Assembly: GCA_004554705.1 (NCBI GenBank)
Contig: SFKS01000002.1
Coordinates: 29,942-93,941, forward strand
Origin: Clostridiales bacterium
GTDB lineage: Bacteria > Bacillota > Clostridia > TANB77 > CAG-508
DNA: 64,000 bases
Direction of reading: 5' to 3'
A program made the translations under genes and the position numbers. Each line of letters opens with the position of its first letter. Position 1 is the first letter of the stretch. Under the pieces are notes generated by a model. It saw only the letters and a list, made by a program, of their open reading frames with translations. It had not been told where the DNA came from and did not search any database. Shown in pieces: positions 21,001 to 29,261 of this stretch.

Positions 21001-22101
21001 GATTATGTTGATTTAGCTGATTCTTTAACGGTTAAAATTGAATCTGGGTATTTCAAGAAAAAAATCCAATTACCATATAAGAATAGGTTCCGTTTAGATG
21101 AAGTAAAAGTAAGATTTAGGTTTGATGGTAACAATAATCCTGTCTATATTTTTGATAATTATATAGAGGTTGATTTTTCTAAAAAACAAGATGGAGAAAT
21201 TATATATACTGAATCTGACATAATTAACAGTGAGGATAAAAAACTTTTAAATATTAATATTTTGAATTCTCAGGAAAAAGCTTATATGTTTAATAATGGT
21301 TTGACTGTTAACTTAAGTTTTGATGATTTAAGTCCGGGAGAATTTTATAGGATTTATTCTGTAGAATTGGTTGTTTTATATAGAAACACTGATAGTAATA
21401 TTCTTGTAAATAATGCTTTTATGGGAACCAATAGTGAGTATACTAGTTTAATTGGAGATAAAAAAGACGCTTATCTTTCTGGGTCTTTTTATGATGATGT
21501 TACAACAATGTCTCAATTAAAAAGTGATATGAATGCTGGTGACGATGGTTTTGTTTTAGAGGATAAAATTTATCAGTCTTTTACTGCTCGTAGTTCTAAT
21601 ATTAGTAGTATTACTGTTTACCCTAATGGTTTTAGGGGAAATCCAAATAGTCTGATTAAAATTGGAATATATGAAAATCATGGGACAACTCCGGGACAAT
21701 TAATTAAAGAAATTTATGCTAATGGTTGGAATAAATCTAATGCTCAATTTAAAGATTTAGATGAGATTAAATATAATATTAATGTTGATAATTTAATTTC
21801 TGGACAAATTTATTGGTTTAAAATGGAAGTTGTTAACCCAACAAAGAATAATTATTATCTCCTTAAATATACCGATAAAAGCATAAAAGGGTTTAAATTA
21901 TTATATGAGGAAAATAAAAATCTTAAAAATGCTTTTAGTAGTTTAAGCTTTAAAATTAATAGTTCAAATATTAAAAAAAGTTTTAATAATCTTCCAGCTA
22001 TACAGAGTTATTTCCCTAACCCTTTTATCCAAATTGGATTACATAGGGGAGTGGGAGAATGTGAAAAGCTGAAAATCGTTAAAGGCAGAGGAGTTAAATA
22101 A
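18049..22101 (+). CDS. giant tail/adhesin-like structural protein with CARDB/DUF11-like N-terminal domain
   Basis: 1350-aa ORF with a GTGAGGTAA SD. The N-terminal segment YQIYCKNISGTLIKDVKIQIANP...GESKLLFVS fits a CARDB-like pattern. Confidence 0.75.
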   Translation: MAYFKTVDLYSEIINQKKQFIFEVEQSQDSILPNQLYKYQIYCKNISGTLIKDVKIQIANPNSIIIDEPDLIPYIEIGDMEDGESKLLFVSSRCTTIGQHSVHFICYGHTTGMFYKTLTINCSYEKYVPELEHKIHIYNFSPYEDTYRLESKNYSNKVTQLLKKQKLPYKAGKQPFNISSNIDEGQSFLNQLSECKNTNEHAYQYLSRENYTINLLEEYVGENLFELLQEINEHSQYVNFEPLRTGTNELKNEFKEFESNGFINKFGLLNSEIFHHMGVIPTYTYMSDYLFRWAPSNENQLLNLYPPIKAMNWNTKAWAGHIFEVLEHSYDEKTGTEKTKLLYTFKNRQDAETYVKRTKEYNALENIDKYTYEIKERFWDTGVFFINIPLKDIPSNFFIIDNSEINALIQKAKPYGAKFLIRYIVDTTFDHNLDFYLHKTYKPYIPIDLGDYDKITYFIQSLKYHEIEETNECGDILKSIRLVPSGLSAYNGCNFNYNLDFYSSSPHPTIKDVSENNNSIDLDITPEYLLSYQKQPKSLSRIKDIEKLLFDYDFSNISFKETINFEDIRKISNEEAEVTNTGHKLWIDSLKEKNNNHHKTFNIETTQDGVRLIEEGKDFDLFRVLIPELLRETPNLEFGISLKDNTGKLHGLSVEYDTHVGKYYIKYVTSYNDNYILQKDGYTNLKSIGTKILKHDDLNLLNTIVMYFEKDDNSGDDFVFDYFNHIVIPSPSEISAFVRNATNKTYILNWDRIIQYTSPLNNLITFNTPQFFEANTYNEYINLSKKDTNWVNLYRMDSKENSYSYIKNTENDILGVDDITVHFENLNIPESAIIEKMYLKSIIEPNTLKEIHCSYGVQNNYVVNEAQKNIKVFEPNKIDGFHQNEEDSDSILFKLDEATLNENTKLIEFWNKKSIENIMFNDALDLSLDYLDNYDDYLEIRKPYWVQLSDFSNIAYDFNSFKSFSFIIEGYNSGSPLDMIVQCADYVDLADSLTVKIESGYFKKKIQLPYKNRFRLDEVKVRFRFDGNNNPVYIFDNYIEVDFSKKQDGEIIYTESDIINSEDKKLLNINILNSQEKAYMFNNGLTVNLSFDDLSPGEFYRIYSVELVVLYRNTDSNILVNNAFMGTNSEYTSLIGDKKDAYLSGSFYDDVTTMSQLKSDMNAGDDGFVLEDKIYQSFTARSSNISSITVYPNGFRGNPNSLIKIGIYENHGTTPGQLIKEIYANGWNKSNAQFKDLDEIKYNINVDNLISGQIYWFKMEVVNPTKNNYYLLKYTDKSIKGFKLLYEENKNLKNAFSSLSFKINSSNIKKSFNNLPAIQSYFPNPFIQIGLHRGVGECEKLKIVKGRGVK

Positions 22102-22217
22102 TGATACTTAATGTTGATTTAGATAATGAAATGACTGTGAAATTAATTAAAAAAGATAAAAATGGAAACATTATACAAGAAACAAATAAAGAGGCTGATT
22201 TAGATGGTAGTGAGTAG
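22101..22217 (+). CDS. 38-aa micro-ORF (hypothetical)
   Basis: Its ATG overlaps the TAA of the upstream gene (TAATG). It ends 14 nt inside the next ORF. Hand translated. Confidence 0.25.
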   Translation: MILNVDLDNEMTVKLIKKDKNGNIIQETNKEADLDGSE

Positions 22218-22632
22218 TGACCAAATCGTATATATGAATGGGAAAGAAAAAGGTTTACAAAAACTTTTTTCTCAAGAAAACTTTGGATATTTAGCAATCG
22301 GATACAGTGACGACCCTGCTTTTAGTAACGACGACAACAATAATGGTTTTAATGAAATCAAATTAGCAGACGAGCCAACATACACACGTGTTCCTTTACA
22401 ATTACAAGGAAACACTATTAAAGATAATGATACTGGAAAAGTTAGTGTAAAATTTACTGCTGATTTAGATATTGATAATATTCAATACGGAAGCCAAATT
22501 AACCAATTAGCTATTGTTGACAGTTCTGACAGTACAGACCCAAACACTGTACATTATGCAGCTGCCGTATTCCCAAAGTTTACTAAAAATTCTGATATAG
22601 CGATAACTTTCCTTATTGAAATGAAAATATAA
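22204..22632 (+). CDS. tail-collar fiber N-terminal-domain-like protein
   Basis: 142 aa. The pattern YLAIGYS...FNEIKL..EPTYTRVPL...VSVKFTADLD...INQLAIVDS...AAAVFPKFTK resembles the phage tail-collar fibre N-terminal domain. Confidence 0.5.
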   Translation: MVVSSDQIVYMNGKEKGLQKLFSQENFGYLAIGYSDDPAFSNDDNNNGFNEIKLADEPTYTRVPLQLQGNTIKDNDTGKVSVKFTADLDIDNIQYGSQINQLAIVDSSDSTDPNTVHYAAAVFPKFTKNSDIAITFLIEMKI

Positions 22633-22650
22633 AAAGGTGGTTTGTTTTTT

Positions 22651-22989
22651 ATGGGAATACATATTGAAGCACAACATGAGGCAGAATATAATCAAATTAA
22701 AGCTAGAGAGAAACAACAAGAAAGCATCAATAAATTAAATGATATTATCCCAGTAGTTAGCGAAACACAAGATATATTGAATAATGTGGATTTAGAACAA
22801 GTATCTGCTGATAATAATATTATCAAAGATGTAGTGGTTCGTAATTTAGAAGAACAAACCGATATTGATGAGATTAAAGATGCAGTTGATTCTTTGACAA
22901 AAAAAATTAATACTCTTACAAAAAAAATGAATACATTGTTAAAAACTGTTAATGATATACATGAAAAGATAAATGATGGTGATAAATAA
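22651..22989 (+). CDS. coiled-coil protein (fiber assembly/structural?)
   Basis: ATG 22651 is preceded by an AAGGTGG SD. The sequence is heptad-rich (KINTLTKKMNTLLKTVNDIHEKI). Confidence 0.5.
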   Translation: MGIHIEAQHEAEYNQIKAREKQQESINKLNDIIPVVSETQDILNNVDLEQVSADNNIIKDVVVRNLEEQTDIDEIKDAVDSLTKKINTLTKKMNTLLKTVNDIHEKINDGDK

Positions 22990-25900
22990 TGCCTTCTTAT
23001 TATAATAGGGTTATTGGGCGTTTAAGACCCGGAGCAATAGCTGATGCTGATGATATTAATATGATACAGACTAATGTGTCTGATGCTCTAAGGGCTGTTA
23101 TCAATGACCATCATCAAAACGATGCATTCATTTTAGGAGAAGATAAAAATGCTTTTTTATTATCTCCTGCCCCTAAACGTTCTGGACGTTATATCGACAC
23201 TATGAATTTAGTTGATAAAGATAGAGAAAAATGGTTATCCATTAGAAGATATGGATACCGTCAAAAAATTAAAAAAAGTAAAACTTCCTTATATAGTATT
23301 ATAGCTAAATTTAGAAATACAAGTAAAAAACCAGTTACTGTTTGGTGTGAGTTAAGAGATGATACTGATTTTTTATTGAAAAGAACTAGTTTTGAGTTAC
23401 CAGCAAATACTTTAGCAAGTGAATTTGAAATTGTTTTTGATGAAACTTTTTGTAGTACTGCTCCGGGATTATCACATAAAGAGATTGAACCTTTCGATAC
23501 AAAATATATGGCTCCACCTAAAAATCAAGAATCATTTGATGATGGAGTAGACCATACTAATGAAATGAATGTGAATAATTTTACTGTCGGTGCCAGTGAA
23601 CTATATTTCGTTATTAAACCATTAAATATTAATCAATACGATGTTTCTGTCAATGGAGATGAGGATGAAATCATTAATGATGATACTTTTGCTGTATTGG
23701 CTGATAGAGACGGGAATTATGGTAAACTATTAGAGCAAACTGGGAACGATGGTTTGTATTATGATGAAACAGCATATGATTTGCACTTTAGAGATGTTTA
23801 CGCTAATAGCTCAACTTATCTTTGTGAAATGGGGGAAGCTGTGATTGATGGGCAAAAAGTAAAATGTATGGATACTCATATTAGTATTGATGGGGCAAGT
23901 GAGTTTGGAAATGTTAAAACATATGTTTATATGGATGTTGATGGGCATTTAAAGGCAATTAATTCTAAAGCTTATATGGAGGATAATGAAGCTGATTTAA
24001 CAGTACCTCTGCCCGGTGGTATGCTTCTTATTGGTATTATCACTACTTATTTAAATGATAATAAAGCTCCAACCATTAATCAAGATGATACATCTTTACA
24101 TGTTAGAATGCGTAGCCATCATGAAAGATTAAGAAGATTAGAGAAAGAATTATCTTATACTAAAGATATAGCGTTCCCTCCTCGTTTAAAATATACATTA
24201 ACTGGTGAGGATATTGTTGATAGTACTCCAGAGAAAGGTTATAATAGTTTAAATATTGAAACTAATATGCCGGATAATACTAATGGTACTAAAAATGCTA
24301 ATGAAATTGAAGGAAGTAAGTTTTATTTAACTACTGATTCTCAAGGAAATTTCGTTATTAGAACATCTAGTGCAGAAGTAATCACAATTCCCGTAACTTT
24401 ACTTGGAGAGAAATCTGTTAGTGTAGATACCACAGACAAAGATGAAAAGAAAACAGATGAAAAGAAAACAGATGAAAAAGAAAAGAAAACTGAAACTGTA
24501 GTATCTCAAGAGAATATTCTCACAAAAGAGGAATTAAAAGGAGAGGAAGCTGTAAAACATATTACAGAAAATGTTAATATGGAGGTTGATGGAGAAAAAG
24601 GAATAGTTAAATTAAAAAATAATAATAATGCTTCTGGAGTAGGTATGACAGATGAAGAAGCTAAAGCTACTACTTTCAATCCATGGGATGATGATGCCTC
24701 AAATAGACCGAAAAATAAAGATATTACTCCTACAGAGAGAGAATATTCTGTTACAAAAGGGAAAAATGGAAAAAATGATTGGTCGAGTGAATTCCCAGCA
24801 ATGACCTTCTATACTGATACAGATTATAAATTAGATGGAATACATATTCCTATAACTAAATTTAAAAATTGTGATTCAATAAAATTTGTAATTTGGAAAA
24901 GACAAGGACCAAACAATAAAACAAACACCGTATGGTTAGAGAAAAAAGTCTACACCAGTAAAGACTTTTCACTAGAAAATGCTAAAGAAAAAGATGGATA
25001 TCAAATCATGGAAGATGGGTTCACCATTAAAATCGAAGATGGTTTAAACTTACCTAAAGGACAATATGTAATAGTATGTATACATACTCCGAAAGAAGGT
25101 ACTGGGTCATGTTATGTGGAAACATATAAACCGGATAATCCTAAAGATTTCTGTATCAGATATTATGGTGCAGGAGATGCATCTCACTTTTTATTAAAAG
25201 AAAGATATTTAGAAATTTGGTATAATAGTGCTACTTTTACTGGAACAGAGAAAAAATACAGTAAAGAAGGACATATTATTAGTGGAACAGTCACATATGA
25301 AAACAAAGAACCAATTACTAAAATTTTAGCTACAGGAAACATTCAGGTTCCAGAAAAATGTGAATATCATTTATATGCAGATACTGGAGGAGGTTGGCAA
25401 GAATTAAAACTTGATAAATCTACCGCTATTACTGGTGGAGGAATCTCATTCAGATGGAAACTTGAGTTTAAAGGAGATTCAGACACTCCAGTCTTATCTT
25501 ATAGTGATGAAAAGAAATATGCCCTTAATTTCACATTAACCAGAAAACAGTCTAATGTTGGTGCAGGATATTCTGATGAAAATGTTTGTGTTACTAGTAA
25601 AACTATTAATGGTAATACTATACTCAAAGAATATATGGGTAATCCTAATTTAAAGACTGATAAATTTAGTAATTGGGAGTTTGCTCGTATTTGGGCTACC
25701 GATAACCCATCTAATAAAATGATTGTTGATATAGCTGGGTCTGATACACAAGCTTATATTAAAAACGATACTATCGTAACAGATAAATACACAATTCCAT
25801 CTCAAGAATCAACTTTCGATATATTCTCTTTATATTATTGTGATTTAACATTAGATGATTTTTCAAAAACAAGTGTAGATTATAGTCATTATGATGCTAC

Positions 25901-27698
25901 TACAGAATATGATGAGCATAATTTACGTTTAAAACTTGATTATGATTATTCATATAATGATAATGATATAGCTTTATTTGATATTAATAGTGGAGTTATT
26001 AATGAAAATAGTAATGTGGTTGTTAAAGATGGAGATGCATTGCATTTTACAGCTGGAGGAATTGGTGAGGAAAATGAGATTCTTTACAAAATCCAAGAGA
26101 AAGGCAATACATTAGATTTAACAAAGTACTCTGGTATTAAAATTGGTTTTAATGCTGGAGGTTTGAGTGGAGATAGTTCAGCTAATGATACTGAACTGAT
26201 TAAAGGTTTAGGATTATATATTAGTTCTTCTTATGAAGACGATGCTCCAACAAACAAGAATTTATCATTAGATGGGAAAGAAATATTAAAAAATACAGAT
26301 ACACTCCCTGATTTAAATAAGTCAAAACAAGAAATTATTAATCAATATTATGGTAAAATCATTCAACAAAATGTTGTATATAATAATGTAACTTATACAT
26401 TATATTACCAGTATGTTAAAAATTCTGAAGGAAAATATATTTTACAACAATTACATGATTTAAAATCTTATGAAATTTTTAAATTACCACCATTTGTGGT
26501 TAAAAAAGATTCTAAAGGAGATATTCAAACTCAATATGTGCAAGTAAGTATTGACGGAGCTAATAATCGCTTAAACAATGTTAAAGAGATTGGACTTGTA
26601 AGTTTAAGAGATGAGGATGAGTTTGAAGTAATTAGGTCATGTACTATAGAGTTGAAGAAAATTAGAGCTATAGAATCTGATTATTATCCTATGTATAATC
26701 CTCAGGATAACGAAAAACTGTTACCTTTCGACCCAACTTTAGTTGGAGATAAAAACCATTATGAAATTAAAATGCATACAGAAGGGACAGAAAAAGTTAG
26801 GACTGAAAAAGTTAAACAAAAAGTTAAAAAAACTGTTACTGAAAAACAACCAGTTAAAGTCCCTAAAAAAGATAAAGATGGGCATGATGTTACAGATGAC
26901 AAGGGTAATGTTGTAATGGAGGATAAAAAGGACGAGAAAGGAGAAATAGTCTATGAAGAGGTGCAAGTTGAAAGATTAGTTGATGAGGAAGTTGAAAAAA
27001 CTGTTAAAACTACAACTAAGTATACTGAACCTCAAAAAGTTTGTCAATGTAAAGTCTACTATAATAGGATTTCTAAAGATGGGGAAACCTTATTTTATTG
27101 GAAAAATGATTCAACAACTACTCACTTTAACCATGTAGGTTTGCAAATTGCTTGTGATAGTTGGATTCCTAAAAATAGTTTAAGGCTAAATCTTTGTAGC
27201 GATGATAGGGGGCGTAATGTTGTTTATAGTATGAATATTCCTACTTTGAATTATATTCATGACCCTGTAGCTTCTACTTTAAATTATGATGTTATTAAGG
27301 ATACTGATGGAAATGTAACTAGTACTACTGCTAAAGAAGATGGTTTTGTTAATTTAGCTGCTGTGTTTAAGAAGATTAAAGATGATGTGGCTATTAAGTC
27401 TATATCTATTTCTGCTACTGATAAGTTTAAAACTTATATGCAGAAAGCTAAGGGTGAAAAAACCGTCACTAAGGAAAGTGTTGATTCTACTACTGGTAAG
27501 ACAACTACTACTACTGAAGTTACTACTATTGGTGATTCTAGCATTAGCTTGTATATTGGTAAGATTTCCTTGTATAAGGCTCGTACTATTCCTATTTTTG
27601 AGAATGCGATAAGGTTTAAGTTTTATAATCAGTCTGATGATGCTTCTGAGGATTCTGCGAAAATCAGGAAGGTTGGTGTTGTGGCTGAATATAGGTAG
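22989..27698 (+). CDS. giant fiber/adhesin-like structural protein with two Lys/Glu-rich low-complexity segments
   Basis: 1569-aa ORF whose ATG overlaps the upstream TAA. It contains a tandem KKTDE repeat and a KVK/EKV-rich segment. Confidence 0.75.
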   Translation: MPSYYNRVIGRLRPGAIADADDINMIQTNVSDALRAVINDHHQNDAFILGEDKNAFLLSPAPKRSGRYIDTMNLVDKDREKWLSIRRYGYRQKIKKSKTSLYSIIAKFRNTSKKPVTVWCELRDDTDFLLKRTSFELPANTLASEFEIVFDETFCSTAPGLSHKEIEPFDTKYMAPPKNQESFDDGVDHTNEMNVNNFTVGASELYFVIKPLNINQYDVSVNGDEDEIINDDTFAVLADRDGNYGKLLEQTGNDGLYYDETAYDLHFRDVYANSSTYLCEMGEAVIDGQKVKCMDTHISIDGASEFGNVKTYVYMDVDGHLKAINSKAYMEDNEADLTVPLPGGMLLIGIITTYLNDNKAPTINQDDTSLHVRMRSHHERLRRLEKELSYTKDIAFPPRLKYTLTGEDIVDSTPEKGYNSLNIETNMPDNTNGTKNANEIEGSKFYLTTDSQGNFVIRTSSAEVITIPVTLLGEKSVSVDTTDKDEKKTDEKKTDEKEKKTETVVSQENILTKEELKGEEAVKHITENVNMEVDGEKGIVKLKNNNNASGVGMTDEEAKATTFNPWDDDASNRPKNKDITPTEREYSVTKGKNGKNDWSSEFPAMTFYTDTDYKLDGIHIPITKFKNCDSIKFVIWKRQGPNNKTNTVWLEKKVYTSKDFSLENAKEKDGYQIMEDGFTIKIEDGLNLPKGQYVIVCIHTPKEGTGSCYVETYKPDNPKDFCIRYYGAGDASHFLLKERYLEIWYNSATFTGTEKKYSKEGHIISGTVTYENKEPITKILATGNIQVPEKCEYHLYADTGGGWQELKLDKSTAITGGGISFRWKLEFKGDSDTPVLSYSDEKKYALNFTLTRKQSNVGAGYSDENVCVTSKTINGNTILKEYMGNPNLKTDKFSNWEFARIWATDNPSNKMIVDIAGSDTQAYIKNDTIVTDKYTIPSQESTFDIFSLYYCDLTLDDFSKTSVDYSHYDATTEYDEHNLRLKLDYDYSYNDNDIALFDINSGVINENSNVVVKDGDALHFTAGGIGEENEILYKIQEKGNTLDLTKYSGIKIGFNAGGLSGDSSANDTELIKGLGLYISSSYEDDAPTNKNLSLDGKEILKNTDTLPDLNKSKQEIINQYYGKIIQQNVVYNNVTYTLYYQYVKNSEGKYILQQLHDLKSYEIFKLPPFVVKKDSKGDIQTQYVQVSIDGANNRLNNVKEIGLVSLRDEDEFEVIRSCTIELKKIRAIESDYYPMYNPQDNEKLLPFDPTLVGDKNHYEIKMHTEGTEKVRTEKVKQKVKKTVTEKQPVKVPKKDKDGHDVTDDKGNVVMEDKKDEKGEIVYEEVQVERLVDEEVEKTVKTTTKYTEPQKVCQCKVYYNRISKDGETLFYWKNDSTTTHFNHVGLQIACDSWIPKNSLRLNLCSDDRGRNVVYSMNIPTLNYIHDPVASTLNYDVIKDTDGNVTSTTAKEDGFVNLAAVFKKIKDDVAIKSISISATDKFKTYMQKAKGEKTVTKESVDSTTGKTTTTTEVTTIGDSSISLYIGKISLYKARTIPIFENAIRFKFYNQSDDASEDSAKIRKVGVVAEYR
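24441..24490 (+). repeat. in-frame tandem 15-nt repeat (gatgaaaagaaaaca x2 plus a degenerate third copy)
   Basis: Read directly from the sequence. It encodes DEKKT DEKKT DEKEKKT. Confidence 0.8.
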
Positions 27699-27743
27699 AT
27701 TTTTTTACCTATATTTTTTTCATTATAATACTATAAATATAGG
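27689..27743. terminator. bidirectional terminator region between convergent genes
   Basis: ATATAGGTA (27689-27697) pairs with TACCTATAT (27707-27715) and is followed by a T-run. A third arm, AAATATAGG (27735-27743), is complementary to CCTATATTT (27708-27716). Confidence 0.5.
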
Positions 27744-27767
27744 ATATATTTAAAAAAATAAAAAAAA

Positions 27768-28094
27768 TTAAGAATAAATATGTTCATTATAATCTTCTTT
27801 TTCATGAGTATCAAGAAGCAATAACAATTCCTCATTATACACTACCTCAATACTACAAATATAATCTTTATTGACAACCCTAACTTTCTCAAAACCATCA
27901 TATGTTGTTTCAACGAAAGTAATCCATGTATCGTCCTCATCAATTAAAAAACATAAATCATAAGAGATTTCGTTTTGTAAAAGAATATTAAAACAAATTT
28001 TATCTATATCCTTTTTGATTCCCTGAGTTTGTAAAGAAAATTTGAGAATATTTTCAATAGAGTTATGATTGGTTAATTTTTGTTTTGAGTCCAT
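27768..28094 (-). CDS. small acidic cytoplasmic protein, unknown function
   Basis: 108-aa ORF. It is the first gene of the minus-strand block. Confidence 0.55.
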   Translation of the reverse strand: MDSKQKLTNHNSIENILKFSLQTQGIKKDIDKICFNILLQNEISYDLCFLIDEDDTWITFVETTYDGFEKVRVVNKDYICSIEVVYNEELLLLLDTHEKEDYNEHIYS

Positions 28095-28104
28095 TAAGTT
28101 TACC

Positions 28105-28530
28105 TCATTCTAATTCTTCAATTCTATCAGATAATATTATGCAACTGTACATTATGTATATATTTACAATGAATAAATAAAACAACATTATAAAAAATGT
28201 TAAAAATAATATATCTATTTCTCTAACAGGAGGGTATGCTATTAAAGATAATACTCCTTCTCCTAATGCTAAAATTCCCACTGTTAGTGATGCTTTATAG
28301 CATTGAAAGGAGATTTGTCTTATATCACTTTTGATATTATGTATATTCCTTAATGTAATATATAAAGTGACAATAATTATCAACATAATGTATGTGGTTA
28401 TCAAGATTAAGTGCATTATTGTTCCTTGGGGCAATGGATGTGAAAATCTTGATAAAAAAAGCATAATAAAAGCCAGAAATCCGATAACTAAACTGATTTG
28501 TATCTCTCTGATTTTTAACATTTGCTTCAT
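28105..28530 (-). CDS. integral membrane protein (about 4 TM segments), unknown function
   Basis: 141-aa ORF with four hydrophobic stretches. An AGGTG SD sits 8 nt before the ATG, and TTTAAATA lies about 40 nt upstream. Confidence 0.6.
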   Translation of the reverse strand: MKQMLKIREIQISLVIGFLAFIMLFLSRFSHPLPQGTIMHLILITTYIMLIIIVTLYITLRNIHNIKSDIRQISFQCYKASLTVGILALGEGVLSLIAYPPVREIDILFLTFFIMLFYLFIVNIYIMYSCIILSDRIEELE

Positions 28531-28581
28531 CTTGTATACACCTGTTTGTTATTTTTGTTTTAAGGTTATATTTAAACTTTT

Positions 28582-29175
28582 TTATAAACATTCATCAATA
28601 AGGGAGGAAATGAATTCTGGTGTGAATGGGTCATAGAAAAATTGTCCAATAGATACATCTTTATGGTTGTATCTGAGCATGAAACATTTTTTTGGATTAT
28701 CTCCTTTTTCATTATTATGGTATAGATGGTTTGGTAGATAATGGACTTTCGATGAATCAAATATCGTATATTTATTTTTTCGTGCATTTTTTGGATAGTT
28801 TGTTGTTCCACCTATCGTTAAATTAAACGCATCTTCATTTATTTTATGGTAGGTTTTACATTGCTTGATATAATATTTCTCCCAATAATTTAATTCATCA
28901 TGTGAAACATTATATGTAAAAAAAGATAATAATGGTATTAATTCATATTTATCTGGATGTTTTTGAAGTTTATTTTCAAAAAGATTATTCTTTTTAGACA
29001 CCAAATGTTGTTTATGTCGAATATTAAACGACTGTGTAGTCAATCCCACATAAACAATTTGGTTGGTATCAATATCTCGGTAAGCATATATGCCTTTTGC
29101 ATTTAACATAATTATTTTTCCCGAAAGGATATAAAGCGTTTTCTCCAACTTTATATTTTCTTGAATGATATTCAC
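28582..29175 (-). CDS. GIY-YIG homing endonuclease-like protein
   Basis: The KGIYAYRDIDTNQIVYVGLT...RHKQH module matches the GIY-(10-11 aa)-YVG motif plus the conserved Arg. It lies directly downstream of nrdD. Confidence 0.75.
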   Translation of the reverse strand: MNIIQENIKLEKTLYILSGKIIMLNAKGIYAYRDIDTNQIVYVGLTTQSFNIRHKQHLVSKKNNLFENKLQKHPDKYELIPLLSFFTYNVSHDELNYWEKYYIKQCKTYHKINEDAFNLTIGGTTNYPKNARKNKYTIFDSSKVHYLPNHLYHNNEKGDNPKKCFMLRYNHKDVSIGQFFYDPFTPEFISSLIDECL

Positions 29176-29261
29176 CAGTATCAGAATCGTACCAAAAAAT
29201 TGTATCTTGGTTAAAATAACGTTCCTTATGTTTGTATATCATTTTTCTTACATCGATATTT

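Noticed and set aside
24441-24490. Short tandem repeats, considered as a CRISPR-like or minisatellite array.
   Set aside because: The unit is 15 nt, in frame, with no spacers. It simply encodes a Lys/Glu-rich low-complexity tract inside the 1569-aa protein. No repeat-spacer architecture exists anywhere in the window.
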